Origin: Leptogorgia sarmentosa
Taxonomy: Eukaryota
NCBI GenBank assembly: GCA_964658305.1
Contig: OZ210885.1
Coordinates: 19,158,001 to 19,222,000 of the forward strand
Direction of reading: 5' to 3'
DNA length: 64,000 nt
A program made the translations under genes and the position numbers. Numbering within the stretch: position 1 is the first letter of the stretch; each line of letters begins with the position of its first letter. The notes below the pieces were generated by a model. It was given only the letters and a program-made list of their open reading frames with translations. It had not been told where the DNA came from and made no database searches. Positions 49,066 through 61,394 of this stretch are shown piece by piece.

Positions 49066-52000
49066 TTAGTATGAACAAACATTCAACATGTTTCTAAGTC
49101 TTTGAAATATCTTCTTTGTTAATCCCTTTGTCATAATGTCCGCTACCATATGTTCAGTTGGGCAGTAGATAACTTTAACTTCGTTTGATAATACTTTTTC
49201 TCTCACAAAGTGAAACCGGACGTCTATATGCTTTGTCCTGTTATGAAATCTTGCGTTCTTGGAAATTTCAATAGCGCCCTGGTTATCTTCGTACATTGTG
49301 GTAGGTTCTTCACTTTTACAACCGATATCTGATAGTAATCGTCTCATCCAAATTGCTTCTTGCGTTGCTTGGCTTAATGCTACGTATTCTGCTTCAGTAG
49401 TTGATTTCGTCACACTCGCTTGTTTCTTGCTGCACCAGCTCACAGTACCATTTGCGACTTTAAATACATAGCCTGAGGTTGAACATCTAGAATCAACGTC
49501 TCCCGCCCAGTTGGCGTCAGAATAACCATACAACTCGTCTTCACTCTCATCATCATTTTCACTCGTTGTGAACTTTAATCCAAAATTTAAAGTTCCTTTT
49601 ATGTATCTTAGAAGTCTTTTGACTCCATTCCAATGTTCCTTGCTGGGATTTGACATGTATGAAGACAATATACTAACTGCAGCAGAAATGTCTGGTCTTG
49701 TCACTGTCAAGATGTATGTCAAACATCCTATGGCCTGTTGATATACATTCTTATCGAATCCTTCTTGGTGGTTTCAAGAGGAGTAGAAACCGGTTTGCAA
49801 TTAGCCAAACCAAATCTGTCTAACACGCTCTCTAGATACTTCTGTTGACTGATGAATAGTGTTTTGGTTTCTCTGTCACGCTTAATTGTCATTCCGAGTA
49901 TGAAATGAATTTCTCCTTGATCCATTTCAAAATGCTTACATAACAACTCTTTCTCTGCGTTTAACATGTTGACGTCGTTTGAGATAGGAATTATGTCATC
50001 AACATACACAGCCAAAATTACGAAACTTATGAATCCATTGTCATTCTTCATGGATTTCACGTAAATGCAATTATCTACATTGCTCTTTCTATAACCGCTT
50101 TTCGTCAGAAAACTATCGAGTGTTTGGTTCCAACACCTCGCCGATTGCTTAAGTCCGTATAAGCTCTTCTTAAGTTTGCACACGTACTCTGGATGCTCTT
50201 GGTCAACGAATCCATCCGGTTGGGACATGTAGATGTCATGTTCTATGTGACCATTTAAAAATGCTGTCTTGACATCCATCTGATGAATTTCTAAGTTGTG
50301 CTTGTTTGCCAAAGCTAATAGCGTTCTTATACTGGAATGTCTTGCGACAGGTGAAAATACTTCCTCGTAATCGATTCCGGGTGTCTGCGAATATCCCTGT
50401 GCAACGAGTCTCGCTTTATGCCGGTCAACATTCCCATCTGCATCACGTTTGATTTTCATCACCCATTTCGATCCAATGACATTACACGCTTCCGGTGGTG
50501 GTACCAATTCCCATGTTTCATTTCTAACTAGCGAATTGTATTCTTCTTCTAATGCTTGTTTCCATTTACTTGCATTTGCGCCGTTCAATGCTTCACTTAT
50601 TGATTGTGGCTCTTCGTTTTCTGCGGTCAAGGATTCAGTAATATTGCACTCGTCTGGACTAAATTTCTTTGGTGCTTTTCTCTGTCTCTTTGTCTCAAGA
50701 TTCTGTACTTGCTTCATGAAACTTTCTTCGTATGATCCTCCCACTGCTGGTAAATTTTCTTTGTCCTCAATATCAGGTACAGTCGGTACAGGGACTTGAT
50801 CTTCAGCATCATGGTGTTGTTCATGATCAACACTTAATTTCTCTTCTAGAATATCTTCTGATTCTTCTCGTATAATCAATTCCTTTGCGATTACTTCAAA
50901 ATCATGAAACTTGTTTTCATAGAACACTACATCTTTACTTCGCACATCATACAGTTTGTAGCCTTTCGTGTCGGGTGGATACCCAATAAATGCAGCTTTT
51001 CGTGATCTAGGGTCGAGTTTTCGGCGTAGATTACTGGGTGTATGGAAGAAACAAACTGATCCAAATACTTTTAGATTTGACACATCTGGCTTCTTACTGA
51101 ACCAAAGTTCATAAGGTGTTCTCATGTTTAGGGATGTAGTAGGACTTCTATTGTGTAAGTATACAGCTGTGTTAACAGCTTCTGCCCAAAATGTAATTGG
51201 CATACTTGCATGAAACATCATGGATTTGGCTGATTCCATGAGTGTTCGATTTAATCTTTCAGAAACACCATTTTGCTCTGGAGTGTAAGGATTACTGTAC
51301 TGATGTACAATTCCTTTATTTACAAAATATTTTGAGAAATCATTAGAAATATATTCTCCCCCATTGTCTGTTCGCAAAGTTTTTACTTTCAAGCCAGTAA
51401 AATTTTCAACCATGCTGACATATTCTTGAAACTTCGCATAAACTTCTGACTTGTTTTTCAGGAAATACACTGTTACATATCTAGTGTAATCATCAGTAAA
51501 TGTTAAAATGTACTTACTTCCACCAATGGAGTCAGTGTTCATCAGTCCGCACACGTCACTGTGGACCAACTCCAGCGGTTGAGTCGTTCTGCTTGAACTT
51601 TGTTTTGGGACAGGTATTCGATGCATCTTTGCTCTTGTGCACGCTTCACATTCTTGGTTGGTTTCACCCTTAGTATATTTCATACCAGTGACTAAGTTTC
51701 CTTGTGCCAATTTGTTGATATATCCAAAGTTTAAGTGTCCATATCTACAATGCCATTGCTTTAGAGTTGCGGCTTTTGTTGTTGTGATGTTAACATAGTC
51801 TGGCTGGGTGTTTACAACATATAACTTACTATCGAGCAAATGTCCAATGTTGATTGTCTTTCCATTCTAGATTATATAGCATTTTTCATCATCGAATATA
51901 ACCTCAGCTTCCATTTGGGTCATCGCTGGCACTGATAGTAGATTCTTCTTAATTTCTGGGACAAATAATACTTTATGTAAATTCAAAGTGATGTTGTCTG

Positions 52001-52172
52001 CACCATCACTACATTCAAGCTTCACTTTTCCTTCGCCATAAGCTTTGATGAATCTATTATCTCCCAGATAGATCTTTGATGGCTCCTCATATTTCTTGTA
52101 ATCAATTATAATATTCCTCTGAAATGTCATGTTTAGTTTGCTCCACTATCGATGAACCATTGATCATTGCCC
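49066..52172 (-). pseudogene. Ty1/Copia pol (protease, integrase, RT, RNase H), 5'-truncated
   Basis: WFIDSGA; WHCRYGH..CEAC; LVHSDV; LRTDNGGEY; EQNGVSER; KARLVAQG; MDVKTAFL; YVDD; YSDANWAGD; RTKHID; ADIMTK. Confidence 0.96.
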
Positions 52173-52365
52173 AGGCTTTTTAAAAACTCGGTTACATTAC
52201 ATTGCGTGATTATTTTGACTTCGTATCATCGTATCATGATAACAAGTCACTGTTTCAAAAGTGGACAGGTATTCTATGCTGGAATTTTAAAGTTTGAGCG
52301 CAACGGCAGCACTTTTCCTTGCGATAGTAACTCCTAGTATACAAAATATAATTTTCACAAGATCA

Positions 52366-54392
52366 CTAATTGTTTTCTTCATTTAGCCTGGTATGTACAA
52401 ATTGGAGTACTTCTAAATATATGTCAGCACCATTATGACTGGATGGCCTCAAAGGATTAATAGTATTTTGCAATTCAGTAAATTCTATTTCATTTAACAT
52501 ATAATTAGTTTCCGGAACCATCACCTGCTGTTGCTCTGTTTCATGACTTTCATCGGTTTGCAGAAAAGTGGGTTGCAAATCCTGAAAGATCAATCAGTGA
52601 AAGATCAATGATTCTGAATTCATGAACATTTATAACTTATAAATAATCCCATGACTGTTATAAGATAATCCTGTGAGATACGAAAATTGCTGAGGTGTTC
52701 TGGGGTATCATTTACCCAGGAAAAAATACCTGTTGAATTTGCTCATCAACACTATTAGCCAGACAAGATCCTTGTATCCATAACTGCTCTGGAGATAAAT
52801 TTCTCTCAGTTCTTATTGGTGCCCTGTTGTATCCTTCTTGAAAAATTTGTAAATTTCTGTTGATGATTGGACTAAACACATAATGCAATGAGAAAAGATG
52901 TACTTCATTTGATGGATCCAATATCCCATTACTTTCCATGTGATGGAAAAGATGATAACATAAACTAGTGCAACCAACAAAAAGATCTCGCCAAAAGTGT
53001 TCGATTCGTTGGTTGTGCACACTTCTACCAGTAATGTGGCTACCACGACCGGGTCCATGTAAAGGATGGTTCAGCATAAACTGAGCAATGGACCAATTGC
53101 ATAATAGACAAAATTTTCAAAAAGTTCGAAATAGTACAATTCATAACAATAGCGTGAAAGAGCATCCCAAAATTAGTAAAATGGCAAAGTTTGGGTGCGA
53201 AATGTTGTAAAATGCGGAAAATATAACCGTGCGAAATTGGCAAATTTGTATACTTTTGTATTACGTGCGTGAATTGCTAACTAAATTAGTTAGTTCATTT
53301 CGCACGTAATACAAATGTATACAAATTTGCCAATTTCGCATGGTTATATTTTCCGTATTTTACAACATTTCGCACCCAAACTTTGCCGTTTTACTAATTT
53401 TGGAATGCTCTTTCACGCTGTTGTTATGAATTGTACTATTTCGAACTTTTTAAAATTTATGTCTATTATGCAATTGGTCCATTCTGACATTTTCACCACC
53501 TTTATCTGTTCTTACTCTAGATGGCAATCCATAGTGAGACACACCAGATAGAAACAAATTTAGAACAGTTTCTGCTCGATTGTTTGTACTACAACGAATA
53601 AATACCAGCAAACGTGAATAACCATCTACTCCTGCATGGATCACAAATCTCCATCTAAAATAACATCAATGTTCTAATAATCAATACCTAGGCTAATGAA
53701 AGGAAACACCTTTTATGATAACTTGTTAACTGAACCTTGTTTAGTAACCTACCTAATCAATTTATGATTTCCATCGACATGCCAAAGTGATTGTGCACTA
53801 GGAAGGTGATATCTTCGTCTGTGGACAGCTCTAAGAGACAAGGGACGAAATAGTGTACCCTGAGGATCCACTCTCCGCATTGTTTCACGAATCCTTTCTT
53901 GCTGAATTCGTAAACCTCTAGCCAACAATAGTCCCGACATGCGCTTGTACCCAACATTAGGAAACTCGTCGGTTAGGTTTCTGATGGTCGACTCAGGATC
54001 CGAATTGCTAATGTCAGAGTAACAATTCGATATTTGTAAACCAAACTCGTTCATCCTCCTTTCAATTGTTCTTTTACTCACTCCTAAAAGAGTGGCAGCA
54101 TTTTTCACGGTAAATCTCTTATCAAATAGGAAACGCAGAATGTCTTCTTTATTTCGTACTTCGGTCGCTCAGGTGCGCCACTGAAAAGTTGAGGGCAACT
54201 CAGTGAAAAAGATGCATTCATTGTGCGATCAACCATGTCTTTTGCGTTTGAGATCAACTGAATAACAGATTCATCAAGCTCAAATACTTCAGCAAATCGC
54301 AATGTTAAAGCGAATCAATGCGAAAGCAAGAGAAATCTATGGCGCGCTGATTTATTCTTTATTACATGTTTTTATAAATACCTTCCAACAAT
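52366..54392 (-). pseudogene. IS3EU-like integrase-core DDE transposase, spliced; N-terminus cut by Sola3
   Basis: HTH AATLLGVSKRTIERR; LWHVDGNHKLIR / intron 53655-53752 / [33 protein letters not shown]; last exon INPL..GADIY. Confidence 0.8.
53090..53480. mobile_element. Palindromic MITE with AT TSD (ISL2EU-like)
   Basis: AT|GGACCAATTGCATAATAGAC ... GTCTATTATGCAATTGGTCC|AT; excision restores GGENV-RIA-QFML in frame. Confidence 0.85.
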
Positions 54393-55559
54393 TTAAGAGT
54401 AAATGTCAGGAAGAACCAGACAATTTCAAAATTTTGTGGCAACAGTCGAAAAATAGATTTTGCTCATACTTTCAAGTTAGATACCCTATTATGTCAGAAG
54501 AACCTCTGTGAGTTTAGTTTTCAAAAATAGTTTTTTGTCAGGGAGAAATTCAATGTTTTGTCAGAGACGTCAAAAATGCTAATTTGACCAGTTAAAAACC
54601 TGAAAGTTCGTCAACCTCTAGAATAAAATAAGGACAGCTTTAAACCTTTCTGACTCAACAATCTTCAAATATGATATCTCGAAATGCCTCACAGTGATTT
54701 TCAGGCTTGTAGCTTAAATAGATTATTTTTAAAAGATTAATCTACAAGATATACTTTTTGTAAGCGAAAAAATACGCTCTAGACATGCCAAAAGTTAAGT
54801 AAGGCCGATACCACAGAATGACTCCAGCTTCCTCTTGGATGATGTCGAGATACAAGACTTTAAAGTTATTGAAAAAAAATCCCTCGGTAAATGTTTTTTG
54901 TGAGCGCTACGAACGGTCAAAGTTGGCTAAATTTGTTGTTATTCCATTCATCATTTCTGCATAAATTAACGCATCTATGAATATATGTCATTAATTATTA
55001 CCATTAATATTCATAAAAAAAAAAAATTTCACAAACTCTAAAATGCAATTTTATTCCATTGTGAAATAGCGGAAAATGACTGTGCAATTATATACAAAAA
55101 CATATTTTACAGCAGCTTTTTTTCTGGTTTAAAAACTGTTGACTACAAACTATGTCGCAAACTCATGCGGAACTGACTAATTTCACGTTTCAAGAGTGGC
55201 AAAATCAATTCATTATTCACAATTCGTTATGTTTTCTTTAACTCAACCTTTATATTTAACGGACAACCTCTGTTGGTCACCTTGCCACTCCCGTACATCG
55301 CACGGCGGTGGCTCCGGGAGACCCGTGGCATCGCCCCAAGAATTTCTTTGGTTGGGCATGGGCTCCCACAAAATATTGGATCTCTTTTTTATTTCTGCGT
55401 TTTTGTGTTAAAAAAACGAAAATTCCGAAATTTCCGTTTTATGACATCATTACTTTTGTAGCGCCCCCCTCCCCCCCAAAAAAAATATTTACATATAACG
55501 CCGCCCCTGCACCGTTTGGATATACAGTTACTATTTGAGTTTTCTTACCTCAAAGAAAT

Positions 55560-56785
55560 TCATTGTTTAAGGCATGAACAACTGCGAGCAAGACCTTCCA
55601 GTAAAGCGGTGTAGGGACTTTTTTTCCTTTTGTCTTTTATTGTGGTGGTGTCAAGGTCAAAGGCTTTGCACATTTCCTTGAGCATTGATATTGAAAATCT
55701 TCCCATCCCGTTCTGAGCAGTCAGTTGGCAAATGTTATATACATCGTAGAATATTGGATGTATTATAGAAAGAGTAGAATGAACTTCTTTGGACGCTTCG
55801 TCAAACATTTCCTCCCTGGAAGCCTCTGCGACTTCGTTCTCAATTTCAACGTCTTCCTGTGTGTCTAACTCTTCTGGGACAACTCTTTTTCTTGAAACTC
55901 GCGAGAAGAAACTTGCGATTTGTTTTGAAGTAAGAAACTCTTCTGGACTAAACAGACGAACACCGTCAGCATTTTTTGCCTTCCGCATGGATTTTGAAGC
56001 AGTGACCGGATCCACTTTGTGTCCTGTTTGCTCACCAATTTTAAACTGCACCATAAGATAATCTTTCTGCGTTTCATTAAGGCGTTTGTGACCTTTGTTT
56101 GACTTAAGTGCCCAGCCCATTTTAACAGAGGACTGCTGGTGAGGGGCTGTTTGCATTGGTTCAGCTTCGATTGTTGGAACTTCCTCTGTGGAGCCTTGCT
56201 CAAGTCTTGTTCCATATTGAATCATGGCTTTATCAAGAAGAGTTTGTTTCTCTAGGGTGTAGATGTGTCTTCCAATGTCAAGGTGGTTCTGCAAGCCTGA
56301 AAATGTCTGGTACGACTTTATGCATCCTTCTTCGTGGCATGTAAATAAATGAGAAGCTTCGTTGAGACCTTCGTTGTCACTTATTTCAGCAGCATTTACT
56401 GTGTCTACTGTATCCTGCGGACATGTGCTCACCTTTGTTTTCGCTTCTGGCTTCTTCACTTGTAATCTTCTTTTAGCAGACACAACAATAAAGGAGTTCT
56501 CTTTGTTGGAAGTGCTAGAAAGATTGGGCTTGATCTCCTTAAGTGAATTATTAGGTGGTAGAGAAAGGTCACTGCACTTCATAAGGTTGCCTTCGCCCAT
56601 TCTGTAAGCTTTCCAAACCCTGATGCCTTGTTCAGAGTACTCGACATTGTTGAGGAAACTGATACCATTGATTTTGATTTTTGGGAGAGCTGAGGCATCT
56701 TGTGGACCACATGATGTTACCCTAACTCCAGGTATACCTCCTGATGATTCTATGGCTTGCTTCATCTGCTCGGGTGTTTCAATGA

Positions 56786-56816
<31 letters not shown>

Positions 56817-59755
56817 GTTCTCTATTGACGCCGCTTTGCGGTCACAGGACCCCTTCCCCCCTTGTGGGTCGGAAAAGTCAAACTGCACAATGTTGATGGA
56901 ATGCTTCTTAGCCAGTTGCTTTAAACCAAGCAACGTCGTTGCCGCATGGTAGCACCCTGCGTTGTCTGCTCGTAGGTAGAAGTCCGTTATCTGAGGAGCG
57001 AGGGTCTTAAGTTGTCTGAATACATCATCGACTACAGCAAGCACACCGCTGCTGTCTTGAGTGCAGCTCTTAAAAATGTGAGCAAAAGTAAGCATCTGCA
57101 TCTTTTCATTTGAATCTTTTGTTATAGCCACCGTTAGATGCCAGGGAATGCCGCGCTTACCATACCAGTCAGCTTGACTTTCCCGGTATTTACGTGGGAG
57201 ATACTTCATCGCCCAGTCTAAGACAAGAAGGACAGAATTTGGTGCGAGATTCTTTAACACATCAAGCCTTGCAAGATCTTGATTAATCGCCCGGAGGAGA
57301 TGGGCCTTCCACGCCGCAATATTTTGTGCAGCTTGATTTACTATGTAAGTAAGTTCTTCTACTTCTTCGGTTTGTGTGCTTTCCCTCAAAGCGGTTTGGA
57401 TCTCTTGTAATGTTGAAGGAAACAGTTCACATTGTTCACAACGCAGATCGTGTTCATGGTCGCAAGATATCTCAAAACAATTGTCGTCGGGACAACTAAG
57501 TGCGTATGTCCTACAATTCTTGAGGAAGGTGTTACATGAGCCTAAAAAGAAGTAAAATCACATTAAATCAACGTCAGTGACATATATATCTGCTATCTAG
57601 ACTAAATTTTACTAACCGGTATTAACATCAATACACACATTAATCAGAAATGATGTACTGGTCGAATCCGCAACCACACCCATCAGTTTTCAAACACGTC
57701 ATGATAACTTATCCAATATTTTACAAGTAAGGTTGTGATACCTTATAATCACTCTTTAGATATTGTTTTGCACTTTTAAGCTTGTCGATCTTGTCATTTG
57801 CCCACGAGAGGCCTTTACCAAAGTCATTGCCAAGCTTCTGCGCCACCTCAACCAAGTCATCGAAGGATTTTGCGCCATCGGCTGACACATAGTCAAGACC
57901 TTGGAGGGATTTACGTACAGTTGCAGAGCATACCTTCATGATTCTACACAATGTGCTTCGGCTCATAGGCTGGAAGGCATTTTCTTTACAGTAGCTTTGA
58001 TACTGCTTAACTATTGATTCGGGTATCATCGCCCTGATCACATTTGGCACTTGCAGCTTACCCTTCGTTGATAGGACCAATGTTTTCTCGCCGAACGGTA
58101 AATCCTGAATCACATTAGAGCTTGTTAAAAACGAGAGGAAGTGATCTAGCTTTTCTTGTGGAATTCGCACTCTACAATTCTTTTCTACCTGTGGCACTGT
58201 TCCTCTGCCATTGCGAAGAAGATGGCGTCCCGCGATGTCAAACTTGTATCGTGTTAGGTCGGGTATGAAACGCTTAAGTTGCTTGAAAGTTACTTGATCT
58301 ACCATAATGGATAGAATTTGTCGTTCAATACTCCAATGTTCGGCGTTATTGTAGCACTCTGCTAATACTTTCAGTAGGGCTGAGTCAACGGTACTGTCAG
58401 ATTTGCTTTCCTTGTATAGTGATTGAAAGAGTATTTCTGTGTCATTGGGCGCTATCTCTTCTAAACACGCATCGACCACTTGCTTCGCTGTTCTTATGTA
58501 ACCTCGCTTCGTTCTTTCCGATGCCTCATCCCAAGGTGTTGCTAATGAATGGTTAATTGGGCTGACGTCTTTTGCCAGCAAGAACTTGTTCAGTATATCT
58601 TTAGGCGTTTCACAAGTCGCGTCATTTTCTGTTCGGAAGGAAGCTCCTAGGGATATATCACTAATAGGGCTGAAAGGCGTAAACTGGCTGCCTTCGTGTT
58701 CAGTTACATCTAGTTCACCATGGTCACGCACACCAGGAGTTGAGTGTTTGGGGTTGATTTTCACTTCTTCATCATCATCCTAATTGCATTAATTAAATAA
58801 CCATAAATTAATCAATAGAACGCATTTTTTTCAATTACAAGTGCGCACGGTAGACAAGAAAAGATAAGATACCGTTACATCAGAATTATATTTACAACAT
58901 CATCATATCTTCATCATATATTTTCGTGGTTTGACAAATATCGAAATCGCTCAATTCAGTCTAAATAATGATGAATTGCATTCAACATTTTTTTTCCTTA
59001 CAGCTAACGTACCATAGATATTCTACTTAGCATAGTGCACACAATTTCTTCATCGTCAGTTTTCACCTTTAAAGTTTTACGGCAGTTTTTGTGGGGGTGG
59101 GCGTGGGGGTGGGCGTGGGGGTGGGCGTGGGGATCAGATGATGTCTAGTTTCCAGTCCCCTAGATCCCAGTTTCTATTATTCTTGAAACTTTAAACCCAA
59201 TCCCGGTTCATTCAATGCCATAACCCCGCTAAAAAGCGAAAATATTCCACACATTTTAACTCGAGGACAATAGGAACATCACAACAATATCTAAATTTAA
59301 ATATTTGTGGTGTTTATTAACGCTTACCCGATCCAGCGGGAACAAAGATGCCGACAGTCTGGAAAATGTACAATGAGTCGCGTTTATCAAGCCCTTTCTC
59401 AGCTTATGGAAACTTTTTCCCACTTTTTCCATGTCCTGATATTGCTTCAGGGACTCTACACCTTGTGTTTCCACCTCTACACCTTGTGTTTCCACCTCTA
59501 CTCCAACCCATGCCAAGAACCATGTGGTTTGGGCAAATTGTCATTGTATTGACATTCAAAGGCATTTTGAAGATCGCCACTCTGCATAATATCAGCTCGA
59601 CTTCATCGACTGGCCCAGAGAACTTATGTGCTTCTAAATTGGCTTTTGATACTTTTAGTGCAAGAAAATAAGGGAACGATTTCGTTTGTTATCTGCTTTT
59701 TGCTGGTTCCGCAGGATCCGTTTGCAAGCGATTTCAAAGAACAGCATACTTCCAT
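55560..59755 (-). pseudogene. Sola3 transposase, multi-exon
   Basis: DWAMKYLP..RESQADWYGKRGIPWH, RADNAGCYH, GGKGSCDRKAA, C2H2 finger; upstream exons 58780-57742 (intron 57542-57741) and 59755-~59328 (ICPNH..RCRVP); a few disruptions. Confidence 0.88.
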
Positions 59756-59959
59756 GTTTGTTTATATGTGTAACCAGTTACAATTAACACAATTAACAGA
59801 TAACAATCAAATTGTAATTTACTCACTAATTATCATTTTTGAGGCAGAAAAATTCTCTTTTAATTTATTAAACCAGAAATACTTCGCACAAGACAGAAAT
59901 ATATTTTGTAAAATGCATTGAAAAAAATTATTTTTTATACAATAAGTTTGTATATTTTA

Positions 59960-60435
59960 GGGGGTGTTTATATGGAGGCGAGCCAGCCCGGGTACCCGGG
60001 CAAGCCCGCTTAGCCAAGCTAATTTTCATCTCGTGTTTACATGAGACTTTCGAGCCGGGCTGGCTCGCCAAAACAAACTACTGGACTCATTGCTATAAAT
60101 AGCATATTTTCTTACGAAGGTGAATTGCACACATTTGAAAGCTAATTTCACAGTTATAACTCACAGAATCGTTTACTGAGACCTTTTAAGATTGAAATAT
60201 GTCAAAAAAATCTAATTTGTAGCAGTATATTCCGCGAAAAAGCGAAATAACACCCAGCCCGCTTAGGCGAGCCAGCCCGGGTAATTGCGTTTATATGGAA
60301 AATTTCCAGCTCGCCTAGGCGGGATCCCGCGTTCGCAAAGCGAGATCTTGCCTAGGCGGGCCAGCCCGGTTCCCATATAAACGCAAGATCAATATTACTA
60401 TAAATTATATTGTGACATTAGATCTCGTTTCATAG
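59960..60435. mobile_element. Harbinger-like non-autonomous insert in Sola3
   Basis: GGGGTGTTTATATG ... CATATAAACGC with repeated GCCAGCCCG motifs; right end decayed. Confidence 0.55.
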
Positions 60436-61194
60436 ACGTCATCGTGGCCCGGGTGCAAACAAAAACCTAGTATTCATTTTAAACATAATATATTCACGTC
60501 AAAAAATTAGAGATTTTTGAAATTAATAAAAAATTTTTGCCCTATTATCAAAGCAGCACAGCAGAAGAAATATATAAGAACATTACTGTAATAGCAGAAG
60601 AAAACGATTGAAATGTATTCAACTTTGCTGTCAATCATTACTGTTAATTTATGCAAAAATGATGAATGGAAAAACAACAAATTTAGCCAATTTTTACCGT
60701 TCGTAGCGCTCACAAAAAGCATTTACTGAGAGATTTTTTTCAATAACTTTAAAGTCTTGTATCTCGACATCATCCAAGAGGAAGCTGGAGTCTTTCTGTG
60801 GTATCGGCCTTACTTAACTTTTGGCATTCTACTTTTTTGCTTACAAAAAGTATATCTTGTAGACTATTTAAGCTACAAGCCTGAAAATCACTGTGAGGCA
60901 TTTCGAGATATCATATTTGAAGATTGTTGGGTCAGAAAGGTTTAAAGCTGTTCTTATTTTATTCTAGAGGTTGACGAACTTTCAGGTTTTCAAGTGGTCA
61001 AATTAGCATTTTTGACGTCTCTGACAAAACATTGAATTTCTCCCTAACAAAAAACTATTTTCGAAAACTAAACTCATAGAGGTTCTTCTAACTTGAAAGT
61101 ATGAGCGAAATCTATTTTTTGACTGTTGCCACGAAATGTCTGGTCCATACTGACATTTGCTCTTAAATATTTCTGCACGATTTTATATATTCAT

Positions 61195-61394
61195 TGTAAT
61201 GTTTACACATTCATTTGAATGCTTTGAATATCATGGAAAAGCCCTGAACATTCAAATAAATATGTCTTAATTAAATATTCAAATATGGCCTAATTAAATA
61301 TTCAAATATGTCCTAATTTAATATTCAAATATGTCCATCAAGGGCAATTGTTTATTGCTTGGATTCATTGTTTATTTGTTTTAAAAACAACAAA
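61195..61394. promoter_or_regulatory. Putative bidirectional promoter with ATTCAAAT(ATG) repeats
   Basis: 200 bp between the inferred transposase ATG (61194, minus) and the HECT-gene ATG (61395, plus); about four copies of ATTCAAAT at 61249-61333. Confidence 0.4.

Larger units (their letters stand above)
54397..61162 (-). mobile_element. Sola3 DNA transposon, full length (6766 bp)
   Basis: TTAA|GAGTAAATGTCAG ... CTGACATTTGCTC|TTAA; imperfect TIRs of ~520-575 bp (54397-~54970 and ~60643-61162). Confidence 0.9.

Noticed and set aside
55301..55510. Possible small MITE ending ACGCCGCCCCTG in the Sola3 3' region
   Set aside because: Left terminus and TSD are not convincing.
54300..61194. RIP-like targeted C-to-T mutation suggested by several putative CAA-to-TAA stops
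   Set aside because: Too few sites and no consensus to compare; ordinary transition decay is sufficient.
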